DNA of 64,000 nt from the human T2T-CHM13v2.0 reference genome, Homo sapiens: NCBI RefSeq assembly GCF_009914755.1, contig NC_060930.1; one strand, written 5' to 3'. Positions 18,165 through 36,985 of the stretch are shown in pieces (position 1 is the stretch's first letter; each line of letters opens with the position of its first letter). A model generated the notes under the pieces. That model saw only the letters and a program-made list of their open reading frames with translations. It had not been told where the DNA came from and searched no databases. The position numbers and the translations under genes are program-made.

Positions 18165-18680
18165 GCGGGTGCATAATCAAGTACTCTAAGACTTAGTGTC
18201 ATAAAGCAACCATTTATTTTGTTCATGGATTCTCTGGGTCGGGAATCCAGAAAGGACAGAGGGGTCAAGGCTGGTCTCTGTGTCACAATGTCAGGAGCCT
18301 CAGCTGGAAGACTGGAAGCTGGGGATAGGAATACTCATTGGAAGCTCCTTTACTCACATGTCTGGCTATTGATGATGGCCATTAGCTGGGTGCTGAGCAA
18401 CTCTCCATCAAGGGGCCATCATGGGGACTTTCCTCATTGGGTAATTGGAGCTTCCTCATGGTCTAGGACTGGTTTCTCAGAGTTAGCATCTTCAGACAGA
18501 TAATAAGAGAAGCTAAGGCAGAAACTCTTTTGATCTAGATGGGAAGTCACATAGCATCTTTTTCACCATACTCTGTTGGTTGAAGCAGTCAGGAGCTCCT
18601 GTGCGGGCTCAAGAGAGGAACAGTCACATCATAAAATATCAAGTGAGATGGGATATATATCGGAATATACAATATGCCTC
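18165..18680 (-). mobile_element. MaLR LTR (MLT1-type)
   Basis: ACTTAGTGTCATAAAGCAACCATTTATTTTGTTCATGGATTCT...GGAAGTCACATAGCATC antisense MLT1 text. Confidence 0.65.
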
Positions 18681-19593
18681 AGAAGGAATATACAAAAGTT
18701 CATTTCTGTGTTACACTGAAGCCAATAGAAGGCAGAGCGGTGATTTACATACTCTGCTAAATGTGATCAATATTCTCTTTTACACTAAAAATATAGTTAA
18801 AAATATATCTTTATCCAGAGTAGTGGCAAACAAATAGATATATTAGTTTACATAAATGCAAATAGCATTAGAACTAACAATCTTTATAAATCTGCCTTAA
18901 ATAATCTAAAACTACATCCAATATTTTACAGTAGGACTCTCATTCTTTAGGAAGAAAAATCTGATTTTACACATAATGACTGATCTTCACATCCGAGGAC
19001 CAAGCTGAGAATGGCACTGTGTGGGCAATGCTTTCCATTGAGCAGACAGAGTCTTTGACAGTGAGAGCTTATCTGGAGTGGCAATTTGGTTAAGTGTAAA
19101 TTATGACACAAACAGATACTTTGGAGAATATAAAATGGGACTTTAGAGTCACCGAAAAACAATGACAGTAAAAGTTGAATTTTATGAGAAACTAATACAA
19201 TCTTTCAACAAAAGTAGTCAATGAGACTACTTTTGGGCACTCTATTTATAAGGTGAAACTCATGCTTATAGTAAGCCCGCAGATTATGACATACTGTGCC
19301 TTTTTGATATGGCATATAAAGAGCCTAAAATATCACAGAATGTCCTGTATTTGCTGGCTTTACCTGAGACACTGATACTAAGGTCAACAGTCTCCTGAAT
19401 GGTTAGAAGAAGCTATCCGTGAGCCTCCACTGCATCTCAGAAGGTGAGTACACCACTTTTAAATCATCCCTAGCATCAGATGAGGTGGGACAAATTTCAA
19501 ACCAAATGGGCTTAATAAAATCTTATGCAGGAAAAAAATAAATACACATTAAAATAAAACCCAAGCCCTCACCACGTGCAAAAACACCTGTGA

Positions 19594-19904
<311 letters not shown>

Positions 19905-20457
19905 GAAAGATTTTTCTTAAAGAAAATGATCATAATTACAGAATTCAGAGGCATCAAAGCCAGACATAGGCACAAGAATTCACAATCCTGTCCAGGACAG
20001 ATGGATATGTGGGTTGAGCCAACTGCTTTCTGTGGGTCTCAGACAGTCAGAGGGACGACTGACAAGATTTGGGACCTCCAGCTGAGCCCCTTCTTCAGCT
20101 AACCCAAGGCCTCAGGGATGTGTGAGCTCCTTCACCTCAGGCTAGGTTTTTGTTTGTTTGTTTGTTTGTTTGTTTTTTGACCTTCCATACCCTAGTGGTG
20201 ATATCTTTAAGAACAACAACAAAAACAATTCTTAGGCAAGATGTGGTGACTATAACTATGTAAGAATCTCTTTATGTGCCTGGTATTTATCCAGTATCCT
20301 TTCAATAGTCATAATAATAGTCTCCCTGGTGCACTGTATTCTCTCAAAGGTTTTAAATGTTTACATGCAACCATCTCTAGAATATCAAATGGTCTCTCTT
20401 CAACTAGAATAAAAACTGAAATAAACGTGCAGCCATGAGGACACCTATAAATGACGT

Positions 20458-21054
20458 GCTGGGACCAGAAACCCAAAATGATGGTAACTGAGAGTGGCGC
20501 TAAGGCCCTAAGTTTTGGTCACACTCTCACCTGAGAACCTAACCAAAAAGGGGCAAATTTTTAAATAAAATTATGGGAGGCCATTGTTTTGGACTGAGCT
20601 GATGCACTAGGCTCCAACAGACCAAACCAAACCAAACCAAAATGGAGTTGCTCGTGCTAAGACTTTAAGGAAACACATAGATTCTAGAACAGACCACAGA
20701 CCGGGTTTTGTTTTTCTCCTGCAAACCTCTATAACAAACATTCCTGACAGCATAGGTATCCACCCCTGAAGTTCCCATTAAATCTTTTAACCAAATTCAT
20801 TTCCTCTCACCTAGAGACCATCAAGCTTCAGATGATCATGCTACAAAGGTTTCAGCTGGTTCCAGGTGAAGACACCACCCCTGGCCATCATGGAGCTACC
20901 CTGCCTCCACTAGACAGAGCAGGGTGAGCGTTCCATGATCCTCAATAGGTAGGGACAATCCCCCAAGCCAGCATGAAGCAGTTACAGAAGAAAGACCATC
21001 AGTCCCTCTGCGTCCCATAAAGATTTATAGGGATCACATCTTTCACTGGGGAGA
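20458..21054 (+). mobile_element. 3' end of ERV1 internal region (MER51-int/MER4-group-like)
   Basis: TTATGGGAGGCCATTGTTTTGGACTGAGCT...ACCAAACCAAAATGGAGT motif; purine tract GGGGAGA immediately before the LTR TG. Confidence 0.7.
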
Positions 21055-21730
<676 letters not shown>

Positions 21731-21948
21731 CTTTTGTCACTATCTTGGTTTTGGTGGGTTTTGGCCGGCTTCTTTACCACATCCTTTTATCAGCAAGGTC
21801 TTTGTGACTTATACCTTGTGCCAACCTCCTATCTCATCCTGTGACTTAGAATGCCTAACCTCCTGGGAATGCAGCCCAGTAGGTCTCAGTCTCATTTTAC
21901 CCACCCCCTATTCAAGATGGGGTTGCTCTCTTTCAAATGCCTCTGACA
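21731..21948 (-). mobile_element. ERV1 LTR MER41-like, 5' ~220 bp only
   Basis: Reverse complement reads TGTCAGAGGCATTTGAAAGAGAGCAACCCCATCTTGAATAGGGG..., the MER41 5' end. Confidence 0.8.
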
Positions 21949-23542
21949 GGAGCTTACCATTTTGGGGGGAGCAAACTTGAAGGATAACATTTTGATTTAA
22001 GCTTAGCTATAGTCAACACAGACCTAACACAGACAACAGTGGGTTCCTTCCCTTGTCTGACAGTGAAACCTATGGCTCACTTCAGCCCTCTCTCACCTAG
22101 TCACGTGGGGTCACTGGAGCATGATTGCAGTTGTCTTCACAGTAGTCTCCTTAACATGCTACAGTGGGATGCCATCCACTGCTCAGTATCATCAGAACAT
22201 GTTGTCTCTGTGTCCTCACTTCCAATGTCTGCTTATTTTTATCCTCCTCACTGGTTTTCAAAGGCCTCCTTATCCACTTGCCAATCTCAGCCAATAAGCT
22301 CCTTCTCTCTGGCCACAGAGTTAGAGGGCTGCCTTTCTTCCTTTTCCATAATTCAACTCACTTGTCAGACCCAGCTCAAGCTCCTCTATCTGAATTTCTA
22401 TGTAGGGAGGCTGTTGACTAACGGGCCATCGGGGCTGCCTCATTACTCTGTTGTCTGGAACATACCCATCTTTGCAAGGAATTGCACAATGTATTAACGG
22501 CTTCTGAAAATAAGGCTTACCATGCCTCTTGGAAAACTAGGATAAAATTTATCTGAAATAAAATGACCAATGCAAGCTTAAAAAAGAAACCCACATAAAC
22601 TAAACTTTTTGGAAACAAAACAGAAGTTTTTGGCCTGAATAACTTCCTCAAATTTACTCCAGTTAAGGGCTTATTTATAGAGACAACCCAACAGATCCTT
22701 CTAGACTTTTCTTTAACCTAGTAGGTCAATTAATTCTTTAGTTTCTTTTCCACCATTCCCTGCCCACCTCAAAATCTTTATGCTGAAAAAGTATAGAATC
22801 TATAGGACCAGATTGTAAATTTTTTGAAGTCAGCTTCTGAGCCTTAAATTTCCTCAGAGTCCTAAGAATGTTTAGTACATTATCTTACATACAGTAGATC
22901 CTCAGATATTGTTTGTTAAGTCGGCTATATTTCAGCTTCCAGTTATGTGACATAAAATAAATGTTTGACAATACAGGCTGGATTAAATTACCTCTACCTA
23001 ATTCGCCTGAGATCCTGAAACAGATTTTCTAAGATCTTAAGCTACAGGAAAAATACATGAAATACAGGGAAGTTATCTCCTATCACCACACAAATAGTAA
23101 AATACTCTCTAGGGAAGCCGGCTTTCATTAGGCTACTCCTAATTATCTGAAACTGTATTTCAACTTGACTAGAATCTCTCACACTGCACATTCTCCCTGG
23201 ATGACCTCAGCCTCCCTTGCAGCTTCAGCTACCTCCTAAAAGTGAATACTTCTCGAATGTCTTTCCAGCTCCTATCCCTTTCATGACCTCTGGGCCATCC
23301 AATCCAACTCTTTGCTGGAAATATCTACTTGAGTGCTCAACAGCCAGCTCAAAGTTAATATGTCCAAAGTTAAACTCCAAAGCTGCTCTTCTTCATATTC
23401 CGAATATTATTTTGTAACAACATCATCCTTCGTACTGGACCCCAGCCAAAAACCTTGGCATCATGCCTGACGTTTCCCTCAACCTTACTCTCCAGATTGA
23501 ATCAGTTGCTATATACCATTGTGTTTGTCTTCTTAGCTCTTT

Positions 23543-24513
23543 ATTTTTTAACAGTTTTTTAAGGTTTAATTTATATTCTATAAAATTCATACACTTTAAA
23601 TATATTATTCGATGTGTCTTAACAAATGCATGTGGTTTTGCAACCATCATCCAGTTTTAAAACACTCCCATTACATCAAAAATTTCCCTGGTGACTCTTT
23701 GCACACCATCCTGGTCCCAAGCAACCACTTATATGTTTCTATAGTTTTACCTTTTCTGGAAATTTCATACAAATGGAATCATACAATACAAAGTCTTTTG
23801 TGTCTGGTTTCTTCACTTTCCATGAGGTTTTTAAGATTCATCCATGTTGTTGCATATATCAATAGTTTGTTTCCTTTTATTGTTGACAGTATTCCATGCA
23901 TGGCTATAACACATTTTGCTTATCTGTGGACATTTGGGTTGCTTCCAGTGTGGGCTATTATGACTCATGTGGCTATGAACATTCTCATACAAGTCTTTGT
24001 GTAGATAGAGGTTTTCTTCCTTATTCTTGGATAGATAACTTGGACTGGAATTGCTGGTTTATGTGGTAAACGTATGTTTAACTTTTTAAGAAACTGCCAA
24101 ACTGTTTTACAAATTGGAAGTATTATTTTATATTCCCACCTGCAGTGTGTTAAGGTACGAGTTTTCCACATCCTTATTCATACTTGTTATTGTCTGTTTT
24201 TTAACAGTAGCTGTACTAATAGGAGTACCATTGCATTTCATTATCATTTAATTTCTATTTCCCTAATGACAAATGATGTTGAACATCTTTTCATGAAATC
24301 TACCATCCATCTATCTTCTCTAGTGGGTATTTATTCGTATATTTTGCTATTTTTTTATTAGGTTGTTTGTCTGTTACTATTGAGTATAAAGATTTTTATA
24401 TTTTTGGGATACAAATCCTTTATCAGTTATATGCTTTCCCAATATTTTCCTGTATCTGTGACTTGCATTTTCATTTTCCTATTAATGTCTTTTGAAGAGC
24501 CAACATTTTAAAT
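23543..24513 (-). mobile_element. 5'-truncated L1MB-like element inserted in an L2
   Basis: Antisense L1MB 3' end; 13-bp TSD TTCTTAGCTCTTT (23530-23542 / 24514-24526). Confidence 0.85.
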
Positions 24514-24527
24514 TTCTTAGCTCTTTT

Positions 24528-24992
24528 ACTTATGTATTTATTTACTTAAATTTTTTTTATTTCAATAGTTTTGGGGGTACAGGGTTTTTTGGTTACATGG
24601 ATGAGTTCTTTAGTGGTGGATTCTGAGATTTTAGGGCACCCATCTCTCAAGCAGTGTACACAGTACCCAATATGTAGCGTTTTATTCCTCACCCTCTTCC
24701 ATACCTCCCCTTGAGTCCCCACAGTTCATTATATCATTCTGTATGTCTTGTGTCCTTATAGCTTACTTCCCACTTACAAGTGAGAACATATGGTATTTGG
24801 TTTTCCATTCCTGAGTTACTTCACTTAGAATAATGACCTCCAGCTCCATCCAAGTTGCTCCATAGGACATTATTTCATTCCTTTTTATGGCTGAGTATTA
24901 TTCCATCGTGCATATATACCACCTTTTCTTTACCCACTCATTTGTCAATGGGCACTAAGGTTGGTTCCGTATCTTTGCAATTGTGAATGGTG
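24528..24992 (-). mobile_element. 5'-truncated L1PB-like 3' end
   Basis: TTTTATTTCAATAGTTTTGGGGGTACAGG...GGTTACATGGATGAGTTCTTTAGTGGTG typical of L1PB 3'UTR. Confidence 0.85.
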
Positions 24993-25567
24993 AGCTTAGC
25001 TTTTTAAATCTGGCTCATTCTTCTTTTTTTTTTTTTTCAGTCACTTCCTTAAGTTCGGCTCTTTTCTATTCTTGGCTGATCTTTTGCAGTAGCCTAGTGA
25101 TCAGTCTCTTTACCACCATGTTGCATTTTCTTAGGTGCCTCTTGCTTTCAGGATTAAACACCAACTTCTTAGCCATACGTGTGATGACTTACGGAGGTGT
25201 GCCATTCAGATCTCCTTTCAAAGAACTTGCTGCAAGAAGCAGAGCTGACTGACAGCCTCCAGCTGCCACACTGGGGATCCATCTCAGCACTCATGCCATC
25301 TCCACTCTTGGTCCAGGCTGTACTTATCCAGTCACTGAGCAGATGGTTGCACTAAAGCTGAGCCATCCTGCACAATGCAAGAGTTTTCTAACAGGCCACC
25401 TATGCCTGGGAACTCCTCATCAGCCTGGCCAATGATTTCTGGAACTGCTGCTTTCTGAGGCTTGTCCAACTCACTCCTTTCTTCCCTCTTTCCTTAACAG
25501 ATGTCAGACCTACATTACAATCTGAAGGCTCTTCCTCCCATGTCCTGTTCTCTGTCCCTTTATCTTT

Positions 25568-26321
<754 letters not shown>

Positions 26322-26654
26322 CAGGTATTTCTTCAGTAAATTTCTTACATGCCTAATCCGGTCTTGGCATCTGCTTCTCAGAGGACCTGAACTGACACAA
26401 CAGGTAAGGCCATTCTTTATCCAGCCCCCTCCTCAATTTTGCCAGTCCCTCAGTTGTCAGTGAGATTGTGTCTTGCCTTTCTAGATACCTGACTGTGGAA
26501 GGAACAAAGGCTTCCTCTGCTTCATCCGAGACTCCTCCTTTCCTCTCAAGCTTTTTTAGCAGCAAAAGGGAAATCATTGTGCAACACTACAGAGGCTATA
26601 ACAGTGTGCCCAGGAATCCTTGTATGAATGAGAAGAGCAGAAACACCAAGGTAA

Positions 26655-26964
<310 letters not shown>

Positions 26965-27349
26965 AAGCTCAGCCTTTTATCTCCATCCTTGCCCCCTTCT
27001 ATACCACACATTTTTTTTGAGCTCTGAATGTTAAAGGGAGAAAGAACAAAACAATAACATTTTTTTTTCCATGGGGAGTTATTCTCCCCATGCCCATAAA
27101 CAAATTGACTCCTCTTTCACCAAGATGATGCCTCTGACAGTGCTCAACTGTGCTGGTAGAGGGGTTTCTTTAGTAGCAAGAGACAGCTGAGGGAAGTGAA
27201 ATGTTTAACATGATAAGAGTCTCATGGGGGCTCTTTAAAAATATTACAGGACTCTGCGTCCCAAGCTATACTTCCAAATTAGTCTGCTCAGAAAAATGGC
27301 ACTGGGAAAGTGTTTCTAACAAGTGCCTCAGGATCAGATGTATTTGAAA

Positions 27350-28150
27350 GATACTAGTAGAATGGTTAAGAACCTGGGTACATAAAGCCAGCTTGATTAT
27401 GTTTTCTTTTAGATTCTGACCCTCGCTTGCTATGTCACTTTGGAGAAATTAGCTAACATTTCTGTGCTTTACTTTCTTCCCTGCAAAGTGCAATAATGAA
27501 CAGTGCCTCTGTCACCTGATGCTACGGGGACCCAAAGAGTTGATGGTTACTGAGTGTGTAAGACAGTGCCTATGATGTAGTAAATTGCTCATGACATTTT
27601 AACTCTTATGATTGTTGCTGTTATTATCATTATCATTCTTACTAGTGACAGATCTAATTCAAGAAAGATCTTGAGCACTTGCCAGATATTACGCTAGGGT
27701 CTAGTGCAGTGTGCATGTGTTTGTGGGGGTAGGGATAGGATACAGAAGTGAGCAAGATCCACCATCTGCTCATAGCTAGGTGAGTTTTTTGTTACCCATT
27801 CACATTTTTCTGTCTAATCTCCATTACTCAGAGCATCCATTCAGCAGCTATCTGCCAGTATTAGGAGTGGGGTCTGTGGTTGTTACAGGAGCAAGCTAAC
27901 AGTCTTTGATCTTGGCTTCAGAGAGTCTCTGATGTGTATAGGAAAGAGTTTCTGAGTCATCAGATCAGAGTTCAAGTCCCAGGCTATCTCACTTACTGGA
28001 GGAATGAATGCCCTTGGGCAAATTATTTCAGTTCTCTGAGGTTCTGTTTCCTAATTTCTGAATTTATTATACCTTTTTGGGCTATTGTGAAGCTTAAATG
28101 AGATGATATACATAAAAACTCCTGGCACATCATAGGGGCCGAATAAATGG
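27350..28150 (+). mobile_element. Two MIR SINEs (~27350-27620 and ~27930-28150)
   Basis: MIR core text (CTTGGGCAAATTATTTCAGTTCTCTGAGGTTCTGTTTCC; TTGTGAAGCTTAAATGAGATGATA). Confidence 0.65.
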
Positions 28151-29739
28151 GTGTCTCACCTTGTTTCATTAGCATTGTTTTGGCTCACTGAGCTAACCCA
28201 CCTACAGAGCCCAGATAAGCCCAGCTGTTTCTCTAGGAGAGCAGAGTTCCAAAACCTAAAAGGATTCCAAAACTGCCAGTCCCATAAGTCAAATAGCCTA
28301 TCTTCACTTTGGAGGTCTTCATGGAACTATTAGATTGTGATGCACAGGACTTTTCACTCCTTACTCTTGTACTGTCTTGTCATTCACTCCTACAGTCTGG
28401 GGGTGTTATCAGAGTTTCAGGGTCATTTTCAAATACTGATAGATATACATGCCAGTTCAATAAAGCCAATTATTTCCCCACAGTTTGGCTTTGATTTCAT
28501 CAACCTGATTTGGAATCCTTGCCCTCTGCCTCAATGTTGAGCACATCTGGCCCCTATAAACATGCTATTAAAGTGTTTTCAAAATGAACTTTGAAACAGT
28601 ACAGTAAGTAATACCATCAAAACAGTAGTCATGGTAAAATAATCTTTTTAAACAGCCTAATTTTTTTGGGCTTTGATGTGTCCAAATTTCAAAAGAACGT
28701 ATAAACTAATTGGTATAAATTTCATTTAAAAAAATCAGAACATTTCCTAAAGTAGTTGCCAAAATGATGCCTAATTTAGAATTGTTCTTTCTTTCTTAGT
28801 TTGCAAGGGATTTGGTATGGGTTAAGGTTATGTAACAGAGGTTGCAAATCAAAATTTACTTCTTACAGATCTTAAACTTCAGAGAAAGTTAGTCCCCCAA
28901 AATGGATTGGAAAGTCCTTGAGAGCTTTGTGAAGGCGAAGGGCAGGATTATGCAAAGATAGTAACAGGCAGTTCATGACCTTTTTGCCATTTTTCAAGTG
29001 TGATGGTGCACTCCTCCAAGTTAAAACAGAAATAGAAATGTAACTAAAACCTTTTGGCACTCAGAATAATGCTAAAAATCTGCTAGATAAGCAACTAGTG
29101 TTCAAAGGTAAAATAAATCATACAAATTATATTATTAATTTATTTAAACATGAGTCTGTACTTTGGGGAAAAATTATTTCTGGAAGAATAGAATGGAATT
29201 CTGAATGTAGTTGCCAAGACATCCCTTGAGGAAAAATTCCAGCCACTAGATAACCGGGATGTAGTAATAACCACAAGAGTAGACTGCCAGTTCCTAGAAT
29301 ACTTAGCCAGAACTGATCCTGTGTCCTCTGTACAGAAAGAAGAGGTTATACCTGCAGTGATAGAAAGAATGCCACTTTTTTTTTTAAGAAAGTCAAATAC
29401 GCACCTTTAATCAATCACATAGGATGCCCAGGTTCTAATTAACCTTAGAGCTTCCCCATGCCAACAGCCTCCAGTCAGACCATCCCTAAAGCATTCTTTT
29501 TTTAAATTCCCTGACTGTAGGTATACTTCTCACTTCTTTGCCTGCTTTTGAGTCTCTGTGAAATGCAAGTGATGGTGGCTACTTCCTTGTGATAGCAAGC
29601 TCTGGATGAGCAAGACTTTGCTTGGTCTCACTTGAGTAGTCTTTTTCTGTTTTTTTTTTTTTTCTATTCATATTAAAATTATTTATAGGTCTCTTACCTC
29701 TACATAGAGAATTTGTGGCACTTAGGACACATGATTTTC

Positions 29740-31387
<1,648 letters not shown>

Positions 31388-31566
31388 TGTATACAAAATG
31401 TTGCAAATAAGTGGAATCCTTATTCAGATATGCCAATGAATGAGGGCTAGCACCACAGCTGTAGTAGCAGCAGAAAGGCCTCTCCTCCTTTCCTGGTGTG
31501 AGTTAGGAACCCATCACATTCACATTCTATCTGTTTAAGAGAGTCCCGTCCAATTAAGAAATTTAG

Positions 31567-31869
31567 GGCCAGGCATGGTGGCTCATGCCTGTAATCCCCA
31601 CACTTTGGGAGGCTGAGGCTGGTGGATCACCTGAGGTCAGGAGTTTGAGACCAGCCTGACCAAGATGATAAAACCCTGTCTCTACTAAAAATACAAAAAT
31701 TAGCTGGGCGTGGTGGTGGATGCCTGTAATCCCAGATACTCAAGAGGCTGAGGCAGGAGAATTGCTTGAACCCTGGGAGGCAGAGGTTGCAGTGAGCCAA
31801 GATCATTCCATTGCACTCCAGTCTGGGCGACAGAATGAGACTTCGTCTCAAAAAAAAAAAAAAAAAGGA
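31567..31869 (+). mobile_element. AluS
   Basis: GGCCAGGCATGGTGG...poly-A; TSD AAGAAATTTAG (31556-31566 / 31870-31880). Confidence 0.95.
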
Positions 31870-31919
31870 AAGAAATTTAGAGCACAGCCACAAATGCATC
31901 CCGGGCAAGAGACTTCTTT

Positions 31920-32412
31920 ACATTTACTGCTGCATAACAAGTTTCCACAAAACTTAGTGGCTTAAAACAACAACATTTTGTTATTTCTCCAATTTTGGAT
32001 TCAGTTGAGCAATTTTCTGCTCCAAGTTTTGTCAGCTGGGGACACTTGGCTATATTCAGGTGGTGGCTGGCTTGGGTTGGAAGAACCAAGAAGGCTTTGC
32101 TCACATGTCTGTTGAATTAGTGCTCCTTCATGTGCCTCTTCATGTGGTTGGCTTGGGCTTTCTTATACTTGGTGGTCTCAGAGTAGTCCATCTTCTTACG
32201 TGGCCATGGGTATTTTAAAAGGGAGAAAACAGACACAACTTTGTCTCAGAAGTTTTCAGTTGTCACTTCTATCACATTCTATTGGTCAAAGCAAGACACA
32301 AGGCCAGCCCAGATTCAAAGGGAGGAGAAATAGTTCCCTCATCTTGATGGAGTAGCATGCACACGTGAAAAGGAGAGGAAGCAATGGCAGTACACTTTGG
32401 AGACTTTCTACT
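31920..32412 (-). mobile_element. MaLR LTR (MLT1-type)
   Basis: CTGCTGCATAACAAGTTTCCACAAAACTTAGTGGCTTAAAACAAC...CACATTCTATTGGTCAAAGCAAG...GCCCAGATTCAAAGGG. Confidence 0.8.
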
Positions 32413-32914
32413 GTAGTCTGAGAAGGTGAGGATGGCAGTGGATGGCTTTGGGGAAGAGAGTGAAGTCAGGGTAAGCAGAGAGAGTTCTATCTAGAGGCAA
32501 AGCCAGTGATGCTGAGACAGCTTGGGACCAAGTTCAGGTAGAAGTTCTGAGATAGTGCAACAGAAAGTTGATTCAGAGAAATTCCAGGGGACAGAAGAAA
32601 AGGAGCTGGAAAGATTATACTAACACTAATCAGACTTCCTGTGATACCATGGATCTTTAAAAATTAAACATCTGTGCAAAAACAAAGCCTTTTTGCATCG
32701 TCTTTATATCACTGATGACATTGTAAGTTTGTGGCTTTAGGTAAAGGGAAAAGAGATTAGTGGCCCAGAAAAGTTAGGGCCAGAAAAGCACAGCCAGTTG
32801 CCAGGCCCTGTCCTGGTTGCAAGTGGCTTCCCTATTGCTGCTTTGCAATCCCTGGTTTTCATTCAGGAAGACAGAAGTACCCTCCTAGGGAGTTCTTGCA
32901 AATGTGGTCATCCT

Positions 32915-33035
32915 AAAGACTTTTGGTGGTGGTAAGAGTGCTATGGCATTTAGTGGAGAGAGGTCAGGGATGCTAAATATCCAAGCATGCCACATTCTTG
33001 GGGAGAATTGTTCTGGCCCAAATGCAAGTAGCATC
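32915..33035. mobile_element. hAT MITE fragment (MER20-like)
   Basis: GTGCTATGGCATTTAGTGG...CAGGGATGCTAAATATCC...GAATTGTTCTGGCCCAAATG. Confidence 0.5.
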
Positions 33036-35315
33036 CTAGGTGCTAGGTAGACCACTGGGGTGATGTAGGGTATTTGGGTAGAAAATATGGATGTTGGAAG
33101 ATGCAAGGATGGCCATAACCCATGATAGGCTGTTGTCTTCTGGTAGGACCAGAGTCAGGTATGATGCTCAACTGCAGGAAGTATGGTGCCTATAGAAAAT
33201 ACACTTTTTAGATCACATACCAAAAAAAAGGTCTATCATTGAAAACATGCATTTTCTCATTTATCTCAGTGGCATAGTCTTTATGAAATGTTAAATGGTG
33301 AATCAAGGAGGGTTATAATTTTATATAGAAACAAGACTAGAACTGGTTAGGGGAAGGAAGGTAGAGAGAACAAGGGCAACTGTACCATAAACACTTGAAA
33401 ACTTCCTTCTACTGATTGGCTTATCTGCATCTGTAGAAATCATGACATCCTGCTTTTGTTGTTGTTGTTCAATATAAAATATGTTCTGTTTTGCTATGAA
33501 CAGACATTCCTGGTAACTATGCACAGAATCTTCCCTAATCTAACTGATTTTTCCCCACCTACAAATCAACCAGTTATACATTTTCAATCCCAGTGCTTGA
33601 TGATAGTTAAACCTAACTTATATTTAAACCTTACATTGGGCTGAATTAGTTGATTTTCCTCCAGGATGAAATTCACCTCATGTTGAAGAAGCATACTGTC
33701 TAATCTTTCTCCTGCAGTGTTATATGTAACAAGTGAGCTTGATCTGGGACTCCTGATCAGCCTGGTCATAAAACTGCACCTCTCAACTCCAATCTCTTTT
33801 TCCTGATTACCTTCTTCATTTTTTCATGTACACAGAGCATTCCATGTGATGCTTGGTTTTGTCCATCCTGAGGCCTGCAAATGACCTATGAATTTGCTGC
33901 TCTGTGGTCAGCATATGGGAATTATAGTGTAGGAGCAGCCAAGTAGAGAGGGTACATCTCACCCACTCTTAAGCTCAGAAACTTTCAAATTTTAAAAGCT
34001 TTTTAACTACCTCTAATTTGTCAATGGATAATACAAATTAAGCACAAACAGCCTTGATTTAATTGGGTACACTGACATCTGCCTTTACAGCTGTGTGCTT
34101 TCAAAAGTTGAGCACAAGCATTAATATTTTGGTTGAGTCTACATTGTGCACAAAGAAACGCACAGAAACAGCAGAAAGGTCTAACCAGTGTACTGTAGGT
34201 ATTCATTATCCACAGGGGGAAGTACCTGTGGCAAATTCAACATTCCTGTTTTAGTTCTTCTTCTACCTAGCACTTTCTGGACTCCTGCCCTCTGTGGTTG
34301 GTTGATGTGTGCTCTGGGAATGCAAGCTCATTTCAGTATGTTCTCTTTGATGGTTCAGAAGGCATTTGAGACCACGCAGAGCCCCTGGGTCATGATTATG
34401 AACAACAATTATTGTACTAGAGATTTACAGATGTGCTGGTTACTGGAGGGTTGTGGTTAATAGAATGCTGAACAACAAAGACTTTATTGTATAACTGACG
34501 AGGGAAAAGTTCCCCAACAGCAAAATACATAGTCTCAAAAAGTCAGGGGAGCTGGAGGAAAACACATGAAGTTGAGTTTTCCCTTTATACAAAAAAGTTG
34601 TTTCCCCAAATTAAATGGTCAGTTTTAAAAAGTCACCGTGTAGTAAATACTTTGCTTCAAAGAAGAAAGAGACAAAATGTAGAGGCAACAAGCCAAAGTC
34701 TCCCATATGTAAATTCTTTTCCACAGTGTGGCAAAATCTTTGGTGAAATCTGATTAACTCGTCACCAGGGAACTGTTCAGCGGCTTTTTACCTCATTACA
34801 GCGATTCAGGTCCCATGAACCTCCTGCTGCGCATGAAATATCAGACCTGATCTTTCTGTGGCAAATTCAAATACAGGTCAGGCACTACCTTTACACTAAA
34901 TGCATAAACATGACACCAAATTTTAATGCTAACATTTGGCTTAGTCTTTGGTAATCAGATGTCCAAATTGGGTCATGTTAAGAAGTTCACCGAAACCTAA
35001 GAAAACTCCCTGATGGTGGTGTTAATTATCTTATGGTGGATGAGGTTCTTTCTGACCCATTTCCCAAAACCAATGGAGTCAGCTCTGTAACAGACCAAAC
35101 TTCAGTGGGTTTATTTCATTCATTATGTAGAAAGATTACCAAGCACCAGACAGGTGGTGGTAGAACATATTTCTGTTCAATGACTGTGGTAGATGGCTTC
35201 CATTTGGCCCTCCAGATCCATTCGTCATCCCATTTCATTTTTAATTGATAGGGCAAATTTTAATACCAACTGGAGATTTTTTTGTGTGGAGTCTGTGATC
35301 TAAGAGGAGAATCTG

Positions 35316-36985
<1,670 letters not shown>

